A DNA stretch of 24,000 nucleotides from Candidatus Thorarchaeota archaeon (GTDB lineage Archaea > Asgardarchaeota > Thorarchaeia > Thorarchaeales > Thorarchaeaceae): positions 48,994 to 72,993 of the forward strand of contig JBHIAE010000002.1 of the NCBI GenBank assembly GCA_046758445.1, given 5' to 3'. This document shows, one piece after another, positions 1 to 8,009 of the stretch. Every line of letters begins with the position of its first letter. Within the stretch, counting starts at the first letter, position 1. The notes beneath the pieces are model-generated. The model saw nothing but the letters and a program-made list of their open reading frames with translations, ran no database searches and was not told where the DNA came from. The position numbers were made by a program, and so were the translations under genes.

Positions 1-1358
1 ACTTTGCCCTGATCAATGTGGGAGGACTGACAGCTGATGACGCTGATGCAGTCAACGAGCTCTCGTATCTCATCCTTGAAGTAATGAATGAGATGCGGCT
101 GATCCAACCGAGTGTCTGTGTTCAACTTACTACCAAGAACCCCGACCAGTTTCTGAGAGAAACAGTCGAAGTCATCAAGGAGGGGTTTGGCCAACCCTCA
201 GTCTTCAACACTGACATAATCATCGAGGAGTTCATTCGACAGGGGAAGTCGGTAGAGGACGCCAGAGTCGGAGGGCCAAGCGGCTGTGTCACAATCAGTG
301 CATTTGGAAAAGAAAGCTGCACGCTCACTGGCTATTGTAACTGGCCGAAGATTCTTGAGATAACTCTCAACAATGGTGTGGATCCTAGGACCGGGAAGCA
401 AGTCGGTCTAGAAACAGGAAGTCCCACCACCTTCAAAACGTTTGATGAACTCATGGAGGCGTTCAAGGCTCAGCTGAAGTACTTCGTGGACATCAAGATA
501 GAAGGAAACAGCATCATTGAGAGGCTCTACGCTGAGCATATGCCAACACCCGTCATGTCGCTGGTCTTCGATGACTGTATCAAGAAAGGAAGGGACTACC
601 ACGATGGTGGGCCAAGATACAATTCGACATACATTCAGGGAGTTGGAATGGGCACCACTACGGACTCACTATCAGCCATGAGATACCATGTCTTCGACAA
701 GAAGAATCTCTCCATGGAAGAACTTCTTGATGCACTTAGAAATGACTTCAAGGAAGGCGAGCCGATCCGTCAGATGCTTGTGAACAAGACCCCAAACTAC
801 GGTAATGACGACGACTACGCCGACAACATTGCTCAGGCCGTCTTTGATGCCTACTTCGACGTTCTGGATGGTCGCCCGAACACTAAGGGCGGTGAATACC
901 GAGTAAACCTCTTGCCCACAACTGTTCACATATACTTCGGGCAAGTCACAGGGGCAACACCTAATGGGAGAAGGGCCGGCAAACCTTTGTCTGACGGAGT
1001 TTCTCCATCCCACGGAGCTGACACAAACGGGCCTACTGCAGTAATCAATTCAGTTGCGAAGATTGACCATGTGCGGACAGGTGGGACCCTTCTGAACCAG
1101 AAGCTAATGCCCGAGATACTTGCCGACCGGGCAGGTCGCAAGAAGCTTGGACACCTGATTCAGGCCTACTTTGCACTTGGGGGGCATCATATTCAGTTTA
1201 ATGTGATTGACAGGCAGACGCTCCTTGAAGCACAGCAGAAGCCTGAAGAATATCGAGACCTGATTGTGAGAGTGGCCGGGTACAGTGACTACTTTGTGAA
1301 CATTGGAAAGGCTTTGCAGGATGAAATCATAGCTCGGACTGAGCAACGATACTTCTGA
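1..1358 (+). CDS. Glycyl radical enzyme (pyruvate formate-lyase / PFL2-type family), C-terminal ~450 aa; the 5' end lies outside the window
   Basis: The frame is open from base 3, with no stop upstream of the GTG at 18. It has the C-terminal glycyl-radical fingerprint RVAGYSDYF (Gly codon 1278-1280) and a thiyl-Cys loop GPSGCVTIS (Cys codon 285-287). Stop is TGA at 1356-1358. Confidence 0.9.
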   Translation, partial: FALINVGGLTADDADAVNELSYLILEVMNEMRLIQPSVCVQLTTKNPDQFLRETVEVIKEGFGQPSVFNTDIIIEEFIRQGKSVEDARVGGPSGCVTISAFGKESCTLTGYCNWPKILEITLNNGVDPRTGKQVGLETGSPTTFKTFDELMEAFKAQLKYFVDIKIEGNSIIERLYAEHMPTPVMSLVFDDCIKKGRDYHDGGPRYNSTYIQGVGMGTTTDSLSAMRYHVFDKKNLSMEELLDALRNDFKEGEPIRQMLVNKTPNYGNDDDYADNIAQAVFDAYFDVLDGRPNTKGGEYRVNLLPTTVHIYFGQVTGATPNGRRAGKPLSDGVSPSHGADTNGPTAVINSVAKIDHVRTGGTLLNQKLMPEILADRAGRKKLGHLIQAYFALGGHHIQFNVIDRQTLLEAQQKPEEYRDLIVRVAGYSDYFVNIGKALQDEIIARTEQRYF

Positions 1359-1450
1359 GAAGCCAACTCTCGCCCTTTCTGACATGCAGGACAACCCCTC
1401 CACTCAGGCTGATAGGGCTCCTCACAACAGTGTTTTGGTCAGTGGGCAAG

Positions 1451-1458
1451 TTTTAAAA
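1451..1458 (+). promoter_or_regulatory. TATA-box-like element (TTTTAAAA) upstream of the uL3 operon
   Basis: This is the only AT-rich octamer in the 205-nt spacer, about 105 nt upstream of the uL3 ATG. The uL3 start is preceded by GGTGATC (1552-1558), which matches the archaeal anti-SD complement. Confidence 0.35.
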
Positions 1459-1563
1459 ACGGAGTCTTGCTTGGCGCACGCTGTAGTAAGAATAGCTCAG
1501 TCTTCAAGCTAGTGAAACTCGAACGCCAGATTGACTGGGCTGCAAAACTACAGGTGATCTCAA

Positions 1564-2571
1564 ATGGCCCATAGAAAGAAGCATGCGCCAAGAAGAGGCA
1601 GTCTTGCCTACCTGCCACGGGGCAGGGCGTCGAAGTTTTTGCCCAGGATCAAGAATTGGCCTTCCTGGGAAGGTGAGGATGCAAGACTACTCGGATTTGT
1701 AGGGTACAAGGCAGGCATGACCCATGCAGTGATGAGCATACAGAACCCAAACAGTCCGTTCAAAGGTCAGGAAACAGTCATCCCTGTCACAGTTATCGAT
1801 ACGCCGCCAATCAGACCCTTTGCCATCCGCGGCTACGCCAAAACACCCTACGGTTTCAAGCTTGTGTCTGAAGTATTGGCGGGCAACTTGTCAGACGACC
1901 TGCGAAGGGTGAAACCTCCGCCGAAGAAGTACAAGTACAAGGCCAAGATGAAGGAGTTTGAGTCAAAGCTTGACACATTCGCTGAGATTCGCATGCTGAT
2001 TCACACCCAGCCGAGAACCGCAGGGGTGTCCAAGAAGAAGCCAGAGATCACTGAATACAAGGTCGGCGCTCGTAGCGTTCAGGAAGCATTTGAGTACGCC
2101 AAGAGTGTGCTCGGCACTGACGTGCGTGTAGCTGACATCCTTCGAGAGGGGACCCTAGTAGACTCCATAGCAGTGACAAAGGGACATGGATTCCAGGGTC
2201 CTGTACGCCGATGGGGAGTCAGAATACTCCAGCATAAGTCACGCAAGACGAAGCGAGGTGTCGGATGTATCGGTCCTTGGTCTCCGACAAACATTCGATA
2301 CAGCGTTCCTCGACCTGGTCAGACGGGTTATCATACACGTACCAGTTTCAACAACGAAGTCCTGAAGATGGGTGAGAGAGGGGAAGAGATTACTCCGTCC
2401 GGTGGCTTCGTCAATTATGGGATGATACGAGGCGACTACGTTATGCTCTGGGGGTCAATTCCGGGTCCAGTCAAGAGACCTGTAAGACTCAGATTTGCGA
2501 TTCGGCCCAAGAGATCTCATCTCGGACAGGTCACCCAGGTGAGCTACATCAGCACTACATCAAAACAGTAG
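1564..2571 (+). CDS. rpl3: 50S ribosomal protein uL3 (archaeal L3)
   Basis: The N-terminus MAHRKKHAPRRGSLAYLPR and the FVGYKAGMTH and GHGFQGPVRRWG motifs are typical of archaeal L3. It is the first gene of the L3-L4-L23-L2 order. Confidence 0.97.
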   Translation: MAHRKKHAPRRGSLAYLPRGRASKFLPRIKNWPSWEGEDARLLGFVGYKAGMTHAVMSIQNPNSPFKGQETVIPVTVIDTPPIRPFAIRGYAKTPYGFKLVSEVLAGNLSDDLRRVKPPPKKYKYKAKMKEFESKLDTFAEIRMLIHTQPRTAGVSKKKPEITEYKVGARSVQEAFEYAKSVLGTDVRVADILREGTLVDSIAVTKGHGFQGPVRRWGVRILQHKSRKTKRGVGCIGPWSPTNIRYSVPRPGQTGYHTRTSFNNEVLKMGERGEEITPSGGFVNYGMIRGDYVMLWGSIPGPVKRPVRLRFAIRPKRSHLGQVTQVSYISTTSKQ

Positions 2572-2585
2572 TGGGAGGATGATTA

Positions 2586-3377
2586 GTGATGAAAAGCGTA
2601 AAGACGTACTCCTTGAAAGGGAAAGCAGGTCCCAAGATAAAGCTCCCAAGACAGTTTGATGCCCCGTACCGTCCGGATGTAATCAAACGGGCTGTATTAG
2701 CGGTTCAGTCCAGAGGACGCCAACCACATGGTGTTGACGAGCTAGCCGGAAAGCGCACCACTGCTGAGAGCTGGCAGACAGGTCACGGGCGGTCGAGGAT
2801 GCCTCGGGTCAAAGGTGCTGGCACCAGCGCGGCCAGTAAGGCAGCATTCGCTCCCGGAACCGTAGGTGGAAGGGTAGCACATCCCCCTGAGGCAAGGAAA
2901 GTCATAATCGAACGAATCAACAAGAAGGAGAATCGATTAGCTATCCGTTCTGCCATCGCCGCATCTGCGAACAAGAAACTCGTGGGTGCCAGAGGACACA
3001 GGATCGAGTCAGTTCCAGAAGTGCCCTTGATTGTCAGCGAGAAGCTCGAGTCTTTGACAACGACAAAGGAGATGCGAGAGGTGGTCACTTCGCTTGGCCT
3101 TGAGGACGACCTAGAGAGAGCCATCAGGGGCCGTGTAGTGAGAGCGGGCAAGGGCAAGATGCGTGGACGCAAGATGAAGACCCCAAAGTCCTTTCTGATC
3201 GTGGTGGGTAAGGACTTGGGAATAGGCATGGCGGCACGGAATCTGCCTGGTGTTGACGTTTCTGAAGTGCACGGTTTGAATGCTCACATGTTGGCACCCG
3301 GAACACATCCGGGGCGACTTGTGCTGTGGACGACTTCTGCCATTGAGCGTCTTGAGAAAGAGGCCCTATTCATGTGA
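2586..3377 (+). CDS. rpl4: 50S ribosomal protein uL4 (L4/L1e)
   Basis: Has the RPDVIKRAV...GRQPHG...AESWGTG-like core and a lysine/arginine loop. GGGAGGATGA Shine-Dalgarno lies just upstream. The start is GTG 2586 or ATG 2589. Confidence 0.95.
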   Translation: MMKSVKTYSLKGKAGPKIKLPRQFDAPYRPDVIKRAVLAVQSRGRQPHGVDELAGKRTTAESWQTGHGRSRMPRVKGAGTSAASKAAFAPGTVGGRVAHPPEARKVIIERINKKENRLAIRSAIAASANKKLVGARGHRIESVPEVPLIVSEKLESLTTTKEMREVVTSLGLEDDLERAIRGRVVRAGKGKMRGRKMKTPKSFLIVVGKDLGIGMAARNLPGVDVSEVHGLNAHMLAPGTHPGRLVLWTTSAIERLEKEALFM

Positions 3378-3388
3378 GGTGAGTGAGA

Positions 3389-3649
3389 ATGGATCCAAAT
3401 GAAGTAATCATCCGTCCTGTGGTCACTGAAGCAAGCCTAGAGGCTGTTGACAGCCACAACAAACTCACCTTCTTCGTTGACCGAAGAGCCAACAAGAACA
3501 CCATACGCTGGGCAGTAGAAAGCCTCTACGAAGTTGTCGTAGAGAAAGTCAACACGATGATAATGCCCGATGGGAAGAAGAAGGCATTCGTGCGTTTGGC
3601 ACCGGAGTATAGTGCCGCGGAGGTTGCGACAAACCTCGGGATATTCTAA
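3389..3649 (+). CDS. rpl23: 50S ribosomal protein uL23
   Basis: Sequence MDPNEVIIRPVVTEASL...NKLTFFVDRRANK...KKAFVRL is typical of L23. GAGGTGA Shine-Dalgarno (3376-3382) lies 6 nt before ATG 3389, which I prefer to the GTG at 3383 given in the ORF track. Confidence 0.93.
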   Translation: MDPNEVIIRPVVTEASLEAVDSHNKLTFFVDRRANKNTIRWAVESLYEVVVEKVNTMIMPDGKKKAFVRLAPEYSAAEVATNLGIF

Positions 3650-3661
3650 GGAGGCTATTGA

Positions 3662-4381
3662 ATGGGTAAACGTGTTCTAGTACAACGCAAGGGCCGAGGC
3701 ACAACTCAGTGGAGGAGTCCCAGTCATAGGAAGATCGCACGCGCCAGACATCCCAAGTGGGCTCCAGACAAGACCTATGTTGGCAGAGTGACCAATCTCT
3801 ACCACGAGGCCGGAAGGGGAGCTCCCCTTGCTGAGCTGAGGTATGAGGGCGAGTCAAAGCTTCACTACATGATAGCATCCGAAGGTATCCAGGTTGGTCA
3901 GATTGTCGAATGCGGAGAGGATGCTGCACTGCAGAATGGCAACACCATGATGCTGCAACATATTCCTGAAGGCACACCAGTCTACAACATTGAGGGCAGT
4001 CCCGGAGATGGTGGAAAGTATGTTCGATCATCTGGTCTGACAGCAACCATTGTTTCCATTGATTCGAGCAAGGCAATGGTGAGGTTGCCAAGCGGTCAGC
4101 AAAAGGCCTTCAGCCCGAGATGTAGGGCAACCATTGGCATTGTCGCTGGCGGTGGTAGGACTGAGAGGCCGTTCTTGAAGGCAGGCGCTGTCTGGCATCA
4201 CACTCGTGTCAAGGCAAGAAAATGGCCTGTGACCCGCGGAGCTGCTATGAATGCTGCTAGCCATCCACACGGTGGAGGTTCCCATCAGTCACCAGGCAGA
4301 CCTAGTACAGTGAGCAGACATGCTCCCCCGGGTCGCAAGGTGGGCAACATCGCAGCTCGGAGAACTGGTCGCAAGAAGTAG
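3662..4381 (+). CDS. rpl2: 50S ribosomal protein uL2
   Basis: Contains the HPHGGG motif (ASHPHGGGSHQSPG) and a basic C-terminus. AGGAGG Shine-Dalgarno lies upstream. The position after L23 is conserved. Confidence 0.97.
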   Translation: MGKRVLVQRKGRGTTQWRSPSHRKIARARHPKWAPDKTYVGRVTNLYHEAGRGAPLAELRYEGESKLHYMIASEGIQVGQIVECGEDAALQNGNTMMLQHIPEGTPVYNIEGSPGDGGKYVRSSGLTATIVSIDSSKAMVRLPSGQQKAFSPRCRATIGIVAGGGRTERPFLKAGAVWHHTRVKARKWPVTRGAAMNAASHPHGGGSHQSPGRPSTVSRHAPPGRKVGNIAARRTGRKK

Positions 4382-4388
4382 AGCTGAA

Positions 4389-4403
4389 GGAGCTTTTTGC
4401 TCC
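4389..4403 (+). terminator. Possible terminator: GGAGC-TTTTT-GCTCC directly after uL2
   Basis: A 5-bp inverted repeat flanks a T5 run 8 nt after the uL2 stop. Oligo-T tracts are the archaeal termination signal. This marks the end of the ribosomal-protein operon. Confidence 0.35.
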
Positions 4404-4511
4404 ATACTTTCCTCAACCTTTGCCTGTTGACCTTAGGAAATGCGTTTCTAGGACAGGGGTATTACACAAGTACATATCCCTCTGGTATGACCTCTGTCAA
4501 GAGGACTAGTA

Positions 4512-4697
4512 ATGCGTCTCATTGCTGTGCATCTTCCTGAGAGAATCATCGACGATATACAGCGCCTAGTGAATCGAGGCCTCTATCCAAACCGCTCAGA
4601 AGCAATCAGAATAGCGATTCGCGATCTATTGAAGCGCGAGCTTTGGGAGCGGACCCTTCAGGGTACTGCTACAGGTGGGGAGGTAGCAGAGCGTTGA
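4512..4697 (+). CDS. cdrS: Ribbon-helix-helix (CopG/MetJ-type) DNA-binding protein, CdrS-like by synteny with ftsZ
   Basis: RHH pattern: beta strand RLIAVHLPERII, then helices DDIQRLVNRGLY and NRSEAIRIAIRDLL. It is 61 aa and sits immediately upstream of, and overlapping, ftsZ, like the haloarchaeal cdrS-ftsZ2 pair. The RHH fold call is strong. The CdrS orthology is an inference. Confidence 0.6.
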   Translation: MRLIAVHLPERIIDDIQRLVNRGLYPNRSEAIRIAIRDLLKRELWERTLQGTATGGEVAER

Positions 4698-5959
4698 GGT
4701 CTCTGATCGACTCAGCAAGAGAGCACAGCCGCTCAGAGAGAAGTGGAATAGCTACACGAGATATGGGCCAGGCCAGAATTGTCGTTGTCGGTTGTGGTGG
4801 GGCCGGCAACAATACGGTCAAGCGATTGATGACAATTGGAATTCAGGGTGCCGAGTGCATCGCCGTGAACACAGACAGACAGCATCTCGCTGTTACTATA
4901 GCTCACAGGAAACTCCTCATTGGTGAGAGAATCACCAGGGGTCTAGGTGCAGGAGGATATCCCCACGTGGGCCAGGCGGCGGCTGAAGAGTCAGCACATC
5001 AGTTGACAGAGCTCTTGCGAGATGCTGACTTGGTCTTCATCGCTGCCGGCATGGGTGGAGGCACAGGAACAGGTGCAGCACCAGTAATAGCCGAGATAGC
5101 AAAGAGGAATGATGCAATAGTAGTAGGCGTTGTCACTATGCCCTTCAGCCTTGAGAGGACGCGGGTCGACAAAGCAACTGCAGGGCTGGCACGACTTCAG
5201 GAGAATGTTGACACTGCGGTGGTGATTGACAACCAGAAGCTAATGGAGCTGGTGCCAGACCTACCGCTCGAAGAGGCGTTTGGAGTCGCCGACGAAGTTC
5301 TCGCCAATATGGTGAAGGGAATCACTGAAACAATCACGATGCCCAGTCTGATAAATCTCGATTATGCAGATGTTCGAACCATCATATGCAATGGAGGTGT
5401 TGCTCTTGTGGGGCTGGGTGAGGCCACCGGTTCTGAGAGGGCAAACGAAGCGATTAGAAATGCTCTCAACAGCCCCCTTCTAGAAGTGGAATGGCGTGGG
5501 TCTACTGGAGCTCTGATACACATCACGGGAGGTCCTGATATGTCTCTTGCTGAGGCAAACAGGGTGGGTGAGATTGTGTCAGAGAAGATGAGTCCTGATG
5601 CGAACGTCATCTGGGGAGCTCGCGTAGATCCAAGACTGAGTGGAGTGCTTCGCGTCATGTTGATTCTCACTGGAGTAAAGAGCCCTCAGCTTCTCCCCCG
5701 GTCTAAGGAAGAGCCTACCATGAAATCCGTGAGGAGGGCCAGGTTGTCTGAACTCGGCATTCTAGCTGCTCACGTGAGCACATCCGCATCCAGTTCTGTT
5801 TCTCCAAAAGCTAAGAGGTTTGGTAAGTTCCACGCACCGTCCAATGAGGGAACTTGGGAAGACCGGCTGAAACCGTTGGAGAGAAAGCTACTGGAACGCA
5901 AACCTCCTGAGACGAGGCAAAAGAACCTAGACGAGCTAGGTCTGAAAAGGATTCTCTGA
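4694..5959 (+). CDS. ftsZ: Cell division GTPase FtsZ (tubulin homologue)
   Basis: Has VVGCGGAGNN, the tubulin signature GMGGGTGTGAAP, and NTD...LIG...GLGAGG. I prefer the TTG start at 4694, which overlaps the cdrS stop (TTGA) and lies 8 nt after GGGGAGGT. That start gives the N-terminus xRSLIDSAREHS, resembling the N-terminal helix of archaeal FtsZ. Alternative starts are 4643 (ORF track) and ATG 4763. Confidence 0.93.
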   Translation: MRSLIDSAREHSRSERSGIATRDMGQARIVVVGCGGAGNNTVKRLMTIGIQGAECIAVNTDRQHLAVTIAHRKLLIGERITRGLGAGGYPHVGQAAAEESAHQLTELLRDADLVFIAAGMGGGTGTGAAPVIAEIAKRNDAIVVGVVTMPFSLERTRVDKATAGLARLQENVDTAVVIDNQKLMELVPDLPLEEAFGVADEVLANMVKGITETITMPSLINLDYADVRTIICNGGVALVGLGEATGSERANEAIRNALNSPLLEVEWRGSTGALIHITGGPDMSLAEANRVGEIVSEKMSPDANVIWGARVDPRLSGVLRVMLILTGVKSPQLLPRSKEEPTMKSVRRARLSELGILAAHVSTSASSSVSPKAKRFGKFHAPSNEGTWEDRLKPLERKLLERKPPETRQKNLDELGLKRIL

Positions 5960-6060
5960 ATCAGTCCATCAGATTTTAGAGTCGCAGCGTGAACCTAATC
6001 TGACCTATTCTGGACTGCTCGAGTTTCCAGCCTGTATTGCACCCATCTCATTACTTGGCA

Positions 6061-6489
6061 CTAGTCTAGTCCATGATCTTCGAACCATTTGTCTGCTATG
6101 ATTTTGACTCTCTCGTAGAGTGGTCCAGTTCCTTCAACGCCTTCAGGCGAGATGCGTATCTTGTTGAGAACGAGGACCATTCCCGTTTCAGGGAAGTATT
6201 GTACACCCCCTGGCGGGAACGCCTTCTCAAGCTCTTTGACCAAGCCTTCAAGGCTAATCTCTCTCTCAGCAACAGAGAAGGACACAATTGAGCTTCCGTA
6301 GATGAACATCCGTGGAATTGGCCCCTTTTTGGTCTCCACATCTGAGAGTACAATGCTGAGGCTGTTCTGATCGATTCCCTTCAAGGTGCCGACGTATGTT
6401 TCGCCTGCGCTAGTCTTCACTTCGACAGTTGCCCCCACAACTGAGGCAAGCTCGCGATTGAAGGCACGCATTGCTGCGACTTCTGACAT
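6061..6489 (-). CDS. Sm-like (LSm) domain protein with an extra C-terminal domain
   Basis: The N-terminal ~75 aa follow the Sm1/Sm2 pattern (VGATVEVKTSAGETYVGTLKGIDQNSLSIVLSDV...RMFIYGSSIVSF). The C-terminal ~65 aa match nothing I recognise. AGGTGAT Shine-Dalgarno precedes the ATG. Confidence 0.55.
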   Translation of the reverse strand: MSEVAAMRAFNRELASVVGATVEVKTSAGETYVGTLKGIDQNSLSIVLSDVETKKGPIPRMFIYGSSIVSFSVAEREISLEGLVKELEKAFPPGGVQYFPETGMVLVLNKIRISPEGVEGTGPLYERVKIIADKWFEDHGLD

Positions 6490-6542
6490 TCTAATATCAC
6501 CTTACAGTGTAATCTATGCAAATGACGCGTATTTTCGTGTCG

Positions 6543-6550
6543 TTTTAAAA
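6543..6550. promoter_or_regulatory. Palindromic TATA-like TTTTAAAA in the divergent LSm / korB spacer
   Basis: This is the only AT-rich box in the 146-nt divergent intergenic region. It could serve either gene. Confidence 0.3.
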
Positions 6551-6635
6551 CTGGTGCTCCAACAAAAGGCTCGGGGCTTGCCGCCTGAGAATCACATATT
6601 AGCCGTGAGAGGGCGGTGTCCGTATCAACAATGAG

Positions 6636-7475
6636 GTGTCTGAATTGGCAACGTCCAAAGTCCATTTCTCTCGCAAATTCCTTCGAGAGGAGGCCCTGCC
6701 TAGCCCGTTCTGTCCAGGCTGCGGCAGTGGTATAATCGCGAACTCATTTCTCAAGGCGGTCAGTGATCTAGGTCATGAGGACCTCAACGGTTTCGCATTC
6801 GTTTCTGGGATTGGGTGTGGAGCATGGATTGTTTCGCCCCATTTTCGTGCGGACACGCTGCATACCGCGCATGGGCGTGCGATTGCGGCGGCCACAGGGC
6901 TGAAGATTGCTCAACCCGAGCTAGAGGTCGTGGTAATCAGTGGTGATGGAGACCTAGCCGCGATTGGGGGAAACCACCTAATTCACGCGGCCCGGCGAAA
7001 CATGGACTTGACTGTGATTTGCTCTAACAATTGGATCTATGGCATGACAGGAGGCCAGGCCGGACCTACCACGTTCGTCGGAGACCGTACATCTACTACT
7101 CCATATGGTAACCCTGAACGTCCCTTCGACCTTGCGCGCTTGGTAGCTGTTGCTGGAGCAAACTACGTGGCCAGATGGTCAACTGCTCACCCTGTTCAGG
7201 CCGCGCGAGCGATTAAGACTGCACTGAAACGCAAAGGATTCTCCTTCATAGAGATGCTGTCTCAATGCCCGGTGGCATATGGTCGGAGGACAGAAGCCGG
7301 AACTGCTGTGAACATGCTTGCATGGTTCAAGAAGCTCCCAATTCGCAAGAAGGACGACCCCTTGGACTGCAAGACTCCCACGCACGAAGAGATGGACCTG
7401 GGCGTCTTTGCTGACAGAAAAGAACGGACGTTCTTGGAATCGTTGAAAGAGGTGTTCAGCAATCTCGAGGACTGA
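6636..7475 (+). CDS. korB: 2-oxoacid:ferredoxin oxidoreductase, beta (TPP-binding) subunit
   Basis: Has the N-terminal FCPGCGSG motif, a GDGD TPP/Mg-binding motif (VISGDGDLAAIGGNH) and YGMTGGQ. GTG start. Substrate (2-oxoglutarate or another 2-oxoacid) is not determinable from the sequence. Confidence 0.88.
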   Translation: MSELATSKVHFSRKFLREEALPSPFCPGCGSGIIANSFLKAVSDLGHEDLNGFAFVSGIGCGAWIVSPHFRADTLHTAHGRAIAAATGLKIAQPELEVVVISGDGDLAAIGGNHLIHAARRNMDLTVICSNNWIYGMTGGQAGPTTFVGDRTSTTPYGNPERPFDLARLVAVAGANYVARWSTAHPVQAARAIKTALKRKGFSFIEMLSQCPVAYGRRTEAGTAVNMLAWFKKLPIRKKDDPLDCKTPTHEEMDLGVFADRKERTFLESLKEVFSNLED

Positions 7476-7481
7476 ACAGCC

Positions 7482-8009
7482 ATGAGGAAAGAGATTCGAA
7501 TAGCAGGCACAGGCGGAATGGGCGTCGTCCTTGCAGGAGTCATACTAGGGCATGCGGCCGTAGTACATGCAGGACTCGAGGCAGTTCAGACGCAGAGCTA
7601 CGGTGCGGAGGCAAGAGGTACAGCAGCTAAGAGTGAGATCATAATCAGTGATGAACCCATTCGATATCCCAAAGTTCGGGAAGCTGACTATAGCGTCTTT
7701 ATGTCTCAGAAGGCCTTTGACATGTATCTCAAAGAGGCCAAGAAGGGCAGTGTGGTGTTAGTTGACAAGGACCTTTGTGATTATGGGGATTCAGAAGACG
7801 AATACGAAGTTGTCTGTGTACCGGCCATGAAGACAGCCGATTCTATGGGAATGCGGCTTGCGTCGAATATGGTCATGCTTGGCGTCTTGGTGAAGAAGTC
7901 CGGGTTATTCCCCGTTGAGAACCTAGAGCTTGCCTTGAAGGACTTGATACGGTCCAAGGCTCTCAAGACCGACCTTGATGCCATAAGAGCCGGAGCAGCC
8001 CTCGTCTAG
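7482..8009 (+). CDS. korC: 2-oxoacid:ferredoxin oxidoreductase, gamma subunit
   Basis: IRIAGTGGMGVVLAGVILG...SYGAEARGT is typical of the gamma subunit. It lies 6 nt after korB. Confidence 0.88.
   Translation: MRKEIRIAGTGGMGVVLAGVILGHAAVVHAGLEAVQTQSYGAEARGTAAKSEIIISDEPIRYPKVREADYSVFMSQKAFDMYLKEAKKGSVVLVDKDLCDYGDSEDEYEVVCVPAMKTADSMGMRLASNMVMLGVLVKKSGLFPVENLELALKDLIRSKALKTDLDAIRAGAALV

Noticed and set aside
2783-4091. Long antisense ORFs inside rpl4, rpl23 and rpl2 (2783-3229, 3111-3308, 3549-4091, all minus strand)
   Set aside because: They lie entirely opposite highly conserved ribosomal-protein genes and have compositionally odd (Ser/Pro/Arg/Cys-rich) translations. They are shadow ORFs.
4643-4693. 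ftsZ starting at 4643, which would overlap cdrS by 55 nt
   Set aside because: This part of the frame overlaps the RHH gene and has no FtsZ-like sequence. TTG 4694 has a strong Shine-Dalgarno and yields a conserved-looking N-terminus.
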